Assembly (NCBI GenBank): GCA_046758445.1
Contig: JBHIAE010000062.1
Span: forward strand, 1-14,805
Reading direction: 5' to 3'
From: Candidatus Thorarchaeota archaeon
GTDB taxonomy: Archaea; Asgardarchaeota; Thorarchaeia; Thorarchaeales; Thorarchaeaceae
DNA: 14,805 nucleotides
This document shows, in pieces, positions 7,853 through 14,805 of this stretch. The stretch's first letter is position 1. Each line of letters starts with the position of its first letter. Below the pieces are notes generated by a model, which saw only the letters and a program-made list of their open reading frames with translations, did no database searches and had not been told where the DNA came from. Position numbers and translations under genes: made by a program.

Positions 7853-8911
7853 TTGAAAGACAATTCAATACCTGATCGTAAGGAAACCCTGCAGCGAGTA
7901 CAATCCTATCTGGCGGATAAGACAAAGCTCTCAACTCCCCTTCCGGTCGACTACTTGGATGAGTTAGAACTGATATGGGGGAAGAAATGGGGGGCTCAGT
8001 CGGAGATCGGGAAACTCCGCGAAACCATGGTCCAAAGACCTGGGAATGAGATGGCTCCCCCAACTGAGGACTTGGCATGGTATCAACTAACTGAGCAGCC
8101 AAATGTTGCAAAGTGCCAGGAAGAACATGATGGACTGGTGGACATCTTCAAACAGGAGGGAGTCACTGTCCATGATGTTTCCCCTCCTGAAGACTGGCTC
8201 ATGACAGAACCGTATGGTGTACCTCACGCCAGATACGGGGGCGGTGCAAGAGACCCAGGTGTAGTTGTCAATGGAGGAGCTATCATCGGCCGGATGTCTC
8301 TTGCATACCGAAAGGGCGAGGAGGCGTGGTGGTGCAGGAAAGCCGTGGACCTAGGTATGCCCATTCTTTTCACTGTTCATGGCAGCGGTACGTTTGAGGG
8401 TGGCAATGTTGTTTGGCTTGATTCAACTCATGTATCCATTGGAAGGAGTGCCCGCACCAATTCGGAGGGCCTAGAACAGGTGTCTATGATACTACGGTCA
8501 GTCGGTGTAGAAGAGGTCATCGTGGTTCCTATTCCAGGCTGGTTGGATAATCTGGAGTGGCCCGCTGGTGGCTATGCTCATCTGGACATAGTGTTTGGTT
8601 ACGTTGATGATGGTCTTGCCCTAGTGTACCCGCCTGGTGTGCCGTATGATTTCATTGAACGCCTTAGAAGCAAGGATATCAATCTGGTAGAAGTGTGGCC
8701 AGAGGATGCCAGACGACTTGCCTGCAATGTTGTTGCGATTGAGCCTGGGAAGATTGTGATGGTGGATGGGCTTGACAGGGCGACGAGAGACTTGGAGCGT
8801 GAGGGCGTTGATGTCATTCCACTCTCATGGAATGAAACAATGAAGGGTGGTGGAGGACCTCACTGTGCCACAGGTCCGCTTCGAAGAGACTCTGGGCCTC
8901 GGCTAGGATGA
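7853..8911 (+). CDS. Amidinotransferase/pentein superfamily enzyme (arginine deiminase/DDAH-like)
   Basis: 352 aa, TTG start. SEIGKLRETMVQRPG, ARDPG, RKGE, FEGGNV, GRSARTN, HLD, LACNV, GGGGPHCAT (catalytic Cys). Confidence 0.9.
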   Translation: MKDNSIPDRKETLQRVQSYLADKTKLSTPLPVDYLDELELIWGKKWGAQSEIGKLRETMVQRPGNEMAPPTEDLAWYQLTEQPNVAKCQEEHDGLVDIFKQEGVTVHDVSPPEDWLMTEPYGVPHARYGGGARDPGVVVNGGAIIGRMSLAYRKGEEAWWCRKAVDLGMPILFTVHGSGTFEGGNVVWLDSTHVSIGRSARTNSEGLEQVSMILRSVGVEEVIVVPIPGWLDNLEWPAGGYAHLDIVFGYVDDGLALVYPPGVPYDFIERLRSKDINLVEVWPEDARRLACNVVAIEPGKIVMVDGLDRATRDLEREGVDVIPLSWNETMKGGGGPHCATGPLRRDSGPRLG

Positions 8912-9016
8912 AGCTGAATATCCATAGTATCAATAGCCAATCAATCAGAGTCCTGGCTTCACACCAAATGTGCGAGTCCCGCTGGTTTTTGCGTTTCTCT
9001 GCACCTAAGTCACTGA

Positions 9017-9022
9017 TTATAA
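9017..9022 (+). promoter_or_regulatory. Putative TATA box for a leaderless ygiD-like transcript
   Basis: TTATAA ends 30 nt upstream of ATG 9052, and there is no SD motif before the ATG. Confidence 0.45.
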
Positions 9023-9051
9023 CATGCAGAATCTACTTCACTTGACTTATA

Positions 9052-9828
9052 ATGTCAAAGACGATGCCAACCCTCTTCGTCGGTCACGGCTCACCGATGA
9101 ATACGATTGAGGAGAATGAGTTTACAAGAGGATGGAGAGAGATCGCAAGTACGATTCCAAGACCTGAAGCCATCCTCTGCGTTTCTGCTCACTGGTACAT
9201 TCCATCCACAATGGTCACTGCAATGGAGCAACCAAGGACTATCCACGACTTCTATGGGTTTCCTCGTGCGTTATACGAGCAACAATACCCTGCACCTGGC
9301 GCACCTGATCTTGCAGGAGCAATCTCAGTGTCTCTAAAGGAGTACTCGATTAGTCTTGACCAGTCATGGGGTCTTGATCACGGAACCTGGTCTGTTCTCA
9401 AGCAGATGTATCCTGAGGCTGGCATACCCACTCTGCAATTAAGCATCGATCACACAAAGCGGCCTCGATTTCACTTTGAGTTAGGGACACATCTGAAGTT
9501 TCTCCGGGATCGAGGAGTTCTCATCATTGGGAGTGGGAATCTTGTGCACAATCTTGGGGCAGTCGATTGGCGGAATCCGGATTCAGTCTATGATTGGGCA
9601 ATTGAGTTTGAGCGGAAGATGCTGGATTCTCTAAATGAAAATGACGACACAGCGCTCTTTGATGTGAATAGTATGAGTGACTTAGTGCGGAAAGCACATC
9701 CATCCTTGGACCATTACTTGCCACTCCTCTATGCGAAAGGCGCGGCGAGTAGCGGCGGGGCGTTCGAGATATTCAATCAGAAGATTATTCATGGGTCCAT
9801 TTCGATGACTTGCTTCAAATTCCACTAG
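9052..9828 (+). CDS. ygiD: 4,5-DOPA extradiol dioxygenase-like protein (YgiD/LigB family)
   Basis: MPTLFVGHGSPMN, VSAHW, TIHDFYGFP, WGLDHGTW, LQLSID, GSGNLVHNL, AHPSLDHYLPL. Confidence 0.93.
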   Translation: MSKTMPTLFVGHGSPMNTIEENEFTRGWREIASTIPRPEAILCVSAHWYIPSTMVTAMEQPRTIHDFYGFPRALYEQQYPAPGAPDLAGAISVSLKEYSISLDQSWGLDHGTWSVLKQMYPEAGIPTLQLSIDHTKRPRFHFELGTHLKFLRDRGVLIIGSGNLVHNLGAVDWRNPDSVYDWAIEFERKMLDSLNENDDTALFDVNSMSDLVRKAHPSLDHYLPLLYAKGAASSGGAFEIFNQKIIHGSISMTCFKFH

Positions 9829-9905
9829 TCTTCTATCAAGGAACCATTTGTCGCACAGGCCCTTTCAATAAGGAGTGAGCAAGTCTTTAATCATAGCCTC
9901 TGACT

Positions 9906-10649
9906 GTGATGACCATGCCTCCTGCACCATTGAAGAGTTTAGCAGCCATATCTTTCGACCTAGGAGGCACGTTGTTCGAACCCTTTGTGCTCCCTGTCTT
10001 TGAAGTCCATAAGAGATTCATCCACCAGGTGTGTGGTGAGGAGTACCGCTTTGCCGATAAGCAGATAGCAGAGGCTCTTGAGTTTGCTGACGAAGAAGTC
10101 TGGGACTCAGTTCAAGAGCATGATGCACACTACTTCTTCTCAGAAGAGGATTGGATAGAACGAAATCGAATACTCCTGAGAACCCTTGGACTCAAGGAGC
10201 AGCTTGATGAACGAGCCAGTCGGATACAGACTCTCTGGAGGGAGATCCTTGCTGCCAACCCTAGCAGACTTAAACCTGATGCTAAAGACACTCTTGGGCA
10301 ATTGAAAGATTGTGGGTATATTCTTGCAGTCTCCACCAACTGGAGTAATCCGCATGAAACTCTCAGAACTCTGGGAATCAATGGTCTGTTTCGGAGTATC
10401 CAATTCAGTATTGTGCCAGGATATTGTAAGCCCTCCCCATACATGCTGTTACAGAATGCGTTAGAGATGGGAGTGAACCCATTGAAGTGTGCCTACGTAG
10501 GTGATGACATCAAAAGGGATGTTCATGCAGCAAAGGGAGCAGGGATGCATCCTATTCTGGTCGTCAATGAAGGATATGAAACTCCTCCTCATGATGAAGA
10601 TGTATCTGTCATTCATGCATTGAACGAGTTGCTCGTACTGCTTGAATGA
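9906..10649 (+). CDS. HAD-superfamily hydrolase (C1 cap)
   Basis: Motif I FDLGGTL, motif II VSTN, motif III KP, motif IV YVGDDIKRDVHAAKGAGM. Start may be GTG 9906, ATG 9909 or ATG 9915. TTTAA box at 9886-9890. Confidence 0.88.
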   Translation: MMTMPPAPLKSLAAISFDLGGTLFEPFVLPVFEVHKRFIHQVCGEEYRFADKQIAEALEFADEEVWDSVQEHDAHYFFSEEDWIERNRILLRTLGLKEQLDERASRIQTLWREILAANPSRLKPDAKDTLGQLKDCGYILAVSTNWSNPHETLRTLGINGLFRSIQFSIVPGYCKPSPYMLLQNALEMGVNPLKCAYVGDDIKRDVHAAKGAGMHPILVVNEGYETPPHDEDVSVIHALNELLVLLE

Positions 10650-10826
10650 ACGCAACTATCTGTACCGGCGAATCGCTTAGCTTAAGAAACACAATTCAGT
10701 GAAGTCCTCGGGAGAATGGGCCAGCAACGTTTGCTAATTGATTTCTTGAGTGACAACCCTTTTCAGTTAGTTTGGATTGATGTTCCAGGTGAATCGTTGG
10801 AATCGCGATTCGGAGGTACTCGGAAA

Positions 10827-11621
10827 ATGTCACAAGGTTATGGCAATACAATGATGGTACTCGTGCTAATCGTTGGTCTAGCCGTTGGACTTGGGGTTGG
10901 CTATTTCATACCGGGACTAGCCGCACCTCAAGACGACTATGACGTAATCATGGCACGTGGTACGATTGTTGTAGGAACCAACTCGGGTTGGCCGCCATTT
11001 GAAATGGTCAATACAACCACTAACGAGCTGGAAGGGTTTGATATTGACCTGGCTGAATATGTCGCAGCCGATATGGGGGTCACAGTAGATTGGATTGACA
11101 TGGATTTTGATGCTCTAATAGCTGCATGTCAAGGCGGAACAATAGATATGATCGCATCAGCGACTTTCATCACTAGAGCGCGCGCTGATGTTCTCCAACC
11201 ACTGGTTTGGTATATTCGCACTAACGAGGTCATTGTTACCACGGCTGCTTCAAACCTTACAATCACAGCGCTGGATGATCTGGTTGGTATGAATGTAGGA
11301 GTTCAGACTGGAACTACGGAAGATGAGGCGTTGTCAGCCATAACTGGTATGGCGGCAACACTAACCAGATATCCACTCGTAGAAACCATGTTTCAAGACT
11401 TGGACACTGGTACTCTTGATGCCGTATTCGTTGACGAACCAATTGTTGGTTTGTACGGTACAGTGTACAGCATCAAGATAATCTTCACAAGACCTGCTCC
11501 ACCAACAGCATTCTACATCAGATATGGCAGTGATAGGCTTTCAGCGGCAATAAACAGCGCAATTGCTGAAGGATTTGCCGATGGAACCATAGATGCAATG
11601 ATAGCAAAGTGGTTCGGGTGA
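10827..11621 (+). CDS. Polar amino acid ABC transporter substrate-binding protein (family 3), N-terminal TM anchor
   Basis: GTIVVGT..WPPFE, GFDIDLA, DFDALI, VGVQTGTT, KWFG end. Start moved to in-frame ATG 10827 with GGAGGT at 10812-10817. The hydrophobic N-helix has no lipobox Cys. Confidence 0.92.
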   Translation: MSQGYGNTMMVLVLIVGLAVGLGVGYFIPGLAAPQDDYDVIMARGTIVVGTNSGWPPFEMVNTTTNELEGFDIDLAEYVAADMGVTVDWIDMDFDALIAACQGGTIDMIASATFITRARADVLQPLVWYIRTNEVIVTTAASNLTITALDDLVGMNVGVQTGTTEDEALSAITGMAATLTRYPLVETMFQDLDTGTLDAVFVDEPIVGLYGTVYSIKIIFTRPAPPTAFYIRYGSDRLSAAINSAIAEGFADGTIDAMIAKWFG

Positions 11622-11627
11622 TTTTGG

Positions 11628-12323
11628 TTGCAAGAGGCCCAGAATCTATTCGAGATTCTCATGTTGATTGTGATTCGGGGCCTCCCAACTACCCTTGCCC
11701 TCACACTACTTGCACTTGCAGTTGGTCTGGGCATTGGAGTTGGCTTAGCGTTAGTACGCGTATATGGGCCAAGAGAATTGCAGTGGGTTGCTCAAGGATA
11801 TGAAACAGTCTTTCGTGGAATTCCACTACTAGTTCTTCTAATGGTTTTTGGAATTGGACTATCAGCGTGGTTTGCATGGGCTGGTCCTGGGACTGGTGCA
11901 CTGTTCGTTGGTGCTGTCGTTGCGCTTGCTTTGAGAAGTGCAGCATATCAGTCTGAGATATTCCGTGGCGGAATACTGTCTGTTGACCCGGGACAGATGA
12001 TGGCTGCTCAATCGGTGGGGATGAATGATCTGCAGGCTACGCGGCATATCATCTTGCCACAGGCATTCCGACTCTCTCTACCGGGATGGGCAAATGAATA
12101 CGCAGTCGTGATAAAAGATACCTCACTAGCTGTAGCAATCGGTGTACAAGAGATGTTTTATCAAAGTGAAGCGTTTCGATGGGAGCGTCCCGAGCTCTTT
12201 TTTGGAATCATGCTGGTAATTGCAGTCATCTATTTTGTATTCACATATCCCGTGACGAGATATGTTGGGGAGACTATGACTAAGAAACTAAGAGAACTTG
12301 GGCTAGGAGGCGGCCGGTATTGA
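11628..12323 (+). CDS. Polar amino acid ABC transporter permease (HisM/GlnP family)
   Basis: [40 protein letters not shown] start with GGGTGA RBS overlapping the SBP stop. Confidence 0.93.
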   Translation: MQEAQNLFEILMLIVIRGLPTTLALTLLALAVGLGIGVGLALVRVYGPRELQWVAQGYETVFRGIPLLVLLMVFGIGLSAWFAWAGPGTGALFVGAVVALALRSAAYQSEIFRGGILSVDPGQMMAAQSVGMNDLQATRHIILPQAFRLSLPGWANEYAVVIKDTSLAVAIGVQEMFYQSEAFRWERPELFFGIMLVIAVIYFVFTYPVTRYVGETMTKKLRELGLGGGRY

Positions 12324-13087
12324 CAAATGTTCTAGAAATACGAGATGTCTGGAAGGCATACGATCAACTTGAGGTCCTCAAAGGAATATCATTTGTTGTA
12401 GCAGAGAGAGAAGTGAAGGTTGTATTCGGACCAAGTGGATCCGGTAAGAGCACGCTCCTAAGAGTCATCAATATGCTCACGCCACCAGATAAAGGAGAAG
12501 TCCTTCTTCGTGGAGAGAGTCTAATGGATCCAAGTGCGGACCTTAGCAAACTCCGGGCACGCATCGGGTTCGTATTTCAACATTTCAACCTATTTGCTCA
12601 TCTTAGGGCGATAGACAATGTGAGCATAGGACCTCGCCTCGTACTTGAAATGACCAAGGAGGAAGCTCAGGATATTGCTCATAAGGCATTAGCGCACGTC
12701 CGAATGGAGGACTGGAGTCACCATTATCCTGCAGAACTAAGTGGGGGTCAGCAGCAACGCGTTGGCATTGCACGGTCATTAGCCATGAATCCAGATGTTA
12801 TTCTGTTCGACGAACCAACGTCGGCCCTAGACCCTGAGCTGATAGGCGAAGTACTGCAGGTCATGCTTGAAATCGCAAAAGAAGGCACAACAATGATTGT
12901 TGTCACGCATGAGATGGGATTCGCCCGTGCTGTTTCAGATGAGATGATCTTCATGGACGAGGGGGTGATAGTGGAGAGAGGTACACCTCACCATTTCTTC
13001 AGAAAACCAGAAACTGAACGTGCCAATCGCTTCCTCCATCAGCTAGAAGTGTTATACGGGCAGGCAGAACAGGAGAAAAATGAATAG
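12320..13087 (+). CDS. Polar amino acid ABC transporter ATP-binding protein (GlnQ family)
   Basis: Walker [27 protein letters not shown], Walker [26 protein letters not shown] start/stop overlap with the permease and AGGAGG RBS. Confidence 0.95.
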   Translation: MTNVLEIRDVWKAYDQLEVLKGISFVVAEREVKVVFGPSGSGKSTLLRVINMLTPPDKGEVLLRGESLMDPSADLSKLRARIGFVFQHFNLFAHLRAIDNVSIGPRLVLEMTKEEAQDIAHKALAHVRMEDWSHHYPAELSGGQQQRVGIARSLAMNPDVILFDEPTSALDPELIGEVLQVMLEIAKEGTTMIVVTHEMGFARAVSDEMIFMDEGVIVERGTPHHFFRKPETERANRFLHQLEVLYGQAEQEKNE

Positions 13088-13122
13088 ATGGAGGAATCCA
13101 ACTGGCGACTATCCCGTCATCT

Positions 13123-13866
13123 ATGACCATTGGCATGCTCCAAATTGAGCAGTATTATGATGACCTGGTCAATGGCTTTGTCATGACAATGGGGCTTTAC
13201 ATATTCGCCCTCCTTCTGGGGCTTGTCCTTGGCATCTTCGTCGCTATTGTTCGCCAATATGGTGGCCCTGTATCGTCTAGGATTGCCACTGCGTATGTTG
13301 AGATTCTCAGAGGTACTCCCCTGCTCGCTCAGATCATTCTAGTCGTCTATGTTCCCCCTGTACTCAATGTTTTCCTAGAGAGTCAAGGATTTGCGCCGAT
13401 TGATTTCTCTTGGCAAGTCATCCTTCCAGATTTCTGGGGAAATCCTCAGAGAGTGCTTAACTCAAGGATCGTCCTGTGTGCGATTACTCTAGGCCTGAAC
13501 AGTGCTGCATATCAAGCTGAGTTCTTCCGCGGTGCCATGGGCTCCATAGCCGCGGGACAGTCTCTTGCTGCTTTATCCGTTGGAATGACGAGGCGGCAAG
13601 AAATCAGACACGTGATGCTACCACAAAGTCTCCGACGTGCAATTCCTGCATGGGCGAATGAGGCAGTCTATCTTCCCAAGTATACCACTGTCGCCTATTA
13701 TGTTGGTGTAGAGGAGATCTTCGGGGTAGCGAAACGAGTCGTTGGGCGGACTTTTGAAGTGCTTCCTGTATACTTCATACTTGCTGTAGTCTTCTTGGTC
13801 CTCATTGGAGTCACCTCAACGATAACAAACCGACTCTACGATCGAGTTAAGATACCAGGTATCTAG
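13123..13866 (+). CDS. Second polar amino acid ABC transporter permease
   Basis: YVEILRGTPLLAQI, LNSAAYQAEFFRGA, VMLPQSLRRAIP. Start may instead be in-frame CTG 13102. Confidence 0.92.
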   Translation: MTIGMLQIEQYYDDLVNGFVMTMGLYIFALLLGLVLGIFVAIVRQYGGPVSSRIATAYVEILRGTPLLAQIILVVYVPPVLNVFLESQGFAPIDFSWQVILPDFWGNPQRVLNSRIVLCAITLGLNSAAYQAEFFRGAMGSIAAGQSLAALSVGMTRRQEIRHVMLPQSLRRAIPAWANEAVYLPKYTTVAYYVGVEEIFGVAKRVVGRTFEVLPVYFILAVVFLVLIGVTSTITNRLYDRVKIPGI

Positions 13867-14039
13867 GACTCATTGCGACGAGAAGGTTTCAAGTATAATA
13901 CGCTATCTATTCATCCAACTTATTCTTCTCAATAGCCAGAGTCCGCAGAAGCAATCTTGTCGGCCTCAACGCGCCTTCTTGATTAGTTTTATTAGACATC
14001 CATGAGAGTGTTCTACCAAGCCAATATAGGGGTATTACG

Positions 14040-14432
14040 TTGTCGGAGAGCAGCCGCCGGGGAGAGCCAATTGGTCAGATTGAGTTAGACATTCTGCGGT
14101 CTTTTGGATGGACAGTTGTGGAGCTTGAGTCTACACTCTATGAGAGGTATCTGAGGATCTCTGCAGTTCGGTCTCTTATCACACTTAAAGACTTCAGGGC
14201 TCATCTTAGGGAGATGGAGGCAATGGGGTATATTTCCCGAGAGAAGCTTCTGGGGAAACGAGCGTACAGGAGACTCCTTGTTGAGGAGGATCTCAGTGAG
14301 CCCATTCATCCCAAGGCTCCCCTTGATGAGATGCGCCTAGCCATAGGGAGCCTAAGAGCTAGGATCAAGGAGTGGGGGAAGAAACGGAGTAGGCTTGCAG
14401 AAAGTCGCATGCCGCGAGGTTCTAGTGAATAG
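14040..14432 (+). CDS. Hypothetical protein, possible winged-helix domain
   Basis: 130 aa, TTG start, fills the gap between two clear genes. TTTTATTA at 13987-13994 upstream. DFRAHLREMEAMGYISREKLLGKRAYRR resembles a recognition helix plus wing. Confidence 0.65.
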   Translation: MSESSRRGEPIGQIELDILRSFGWTVVELESTLYERYLRISAVRSLITLKDFRAHLREMEAMGYISREKLLGKRAYRRLLVEEDLSEPIHPKAPLDEMRLAIGSLRARIKEWGKKRSRLAESRMPRGSSE

Positions 14433-14453
14433 CCCATGAGAGAAATCGACAGG

Positions 14454-14459
14454 TTTATA
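14454..14459 (+). promoter_or_regulatory. TATA box for a leaderless VOC gene
   Basis: TTTATA ends 27 nt before ATG 14486, with purine-rich sequence upstream and no SD motif. Confidence 0.55.
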
Positions 14460-14485
14460 CGTTCACGATAGTTAAGACTTCTTTC

Positions 14486-14805
14486 ATGCCACGAGTTGTT
14501 CATTTCGAGATTGTAGCTGATGATGCTGAGAGGATATCCAAGTTCTACCAGAACGTCTTCGGATGGAAGGTTGAGAAGTGGGACGGGCCCATTGACTACT
14601 GGTTCCTCATGACAGGAGAGAAGGATGAGCCTGGTATTGACGGTGCATTTGGCATGAGGCAGAGTCTTGAAGATGCTGTGGTCAATACCATTGACATACC
14701 GGATCTCGATGATGCCATCAAGAAGATCGAAAAGCACGGGGGTGAGATTGTACGGCCAAGAACAGCTGTACCTGGTGTAGGTTGGATGGCATACTTCAAA
14801 GACAC
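14486..14805 (+). CDS. VOC family (glyoxalase/bleomycin resistance-like) protein, 3' partial
   Basis: Not in the ORF track. Hand translation: MPRVVHFEIVADDAERISKFYQNVFGWKVEKWDGPIDYWFLMTGEKDEPGIDGAFGMRQSLEDAVVNTIDIPDLDDAIKKIEKHGGEIVRPRTAVPGVGWMAYFKD, open at the edge. Confidence 0.92.
   Translation, partial: MPRVVHFEIVADDAERISKFYQNVFGWKVEKWDGPIDYWFLMTGEKDEPGIDGAFGMRQSLEDAVVNTIDIPDLDDAIKKIEKHGGEIVRPRTAVPGVGWMAYFKD

Noticed and set aside
7663-7863. 66-aa minus ORF ending in WSRLWDLHPGKLDLQSNAYATPPNR-like sequence
   Set aside because: This is the typical antisense translation of a tRNA gene.
10716-10826. 37-aa N-terminal extension of the SBP
   Set aside because: A strong GGAGGT precedes ATG 10827, which is followed closely by the TM anchor.
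13867-14039. Possible ncRNA or antisense promoter (AAGTATAATA at 13891-13900)
   Set aside because: No convincing structure or C/D box pair is visible, so support is insufficient.
14306-14805. Minus-strand ORFs 14306..14737 and 14596..14805
   Set aside because: They are antisense to the clear + strand VOC gene starting at 14486.
7750-14805. Integrative element at the tRNA-Cys 3' end
   Set aside because: I saw no duplicate of the tRNA 3' end and no integrase by eye, and downstream genes look chromosomal. An att site outside the window cannot be excluded.
1-14805. CRISPR array, tandem repeats, IS elements, frameshifted pseudogenes, and remaining short overlapping ORFs
   Set aside because: I saw no periodic repeats or transposase motifs. 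All main genes read intact, and the short ORFs lie inside well-supported genes and lack motifs.

Overview
Gene-dense window that looks archaeal: TTTATA/TTATAA boxes upstream of several genes, GGTGA/GGAGG ribosome-binding sites, frequent TTG starts, and an ABC substrate-binding protein anchored by an N-terminal TM helix with no lipobox. Asgard/Thorarchaeia is my guess, not established. The left half (1-7580) is a mixed set of accessory enzymes: two paralogous Zn-independent MDR oxidoreductases (the first runs off the left edge and is missing from the ORF track), a radical SAM protein, a GPH/MelB-type MFS transporter, a membrane-anchored alpha/beta hydrolase, a GC-rich CAD-type Zn alcohol dehydrogenase and an AT-rich SRPBCC-like protein. 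An intronless tRNA-Cys(GCA) with non-canonical D/T loops lies at 7698-7773. The right half is all on the + strand: an amidinotransferase-superfamily enzyme, a YgiD-type dioxygenase, a HAD hydrolase, a four-gene polar amino acid ABC operon, a small wHTH-like hypothetical protein and a VOC/glyoxalase running off the right edge (also missing from the track). I saw no CRISPR array, transposase, integrase or long repeat, and no unambiguous new system. The best leads are the atypical tRNA-Cys and the atypical amidinotransferase near the ABC importer.
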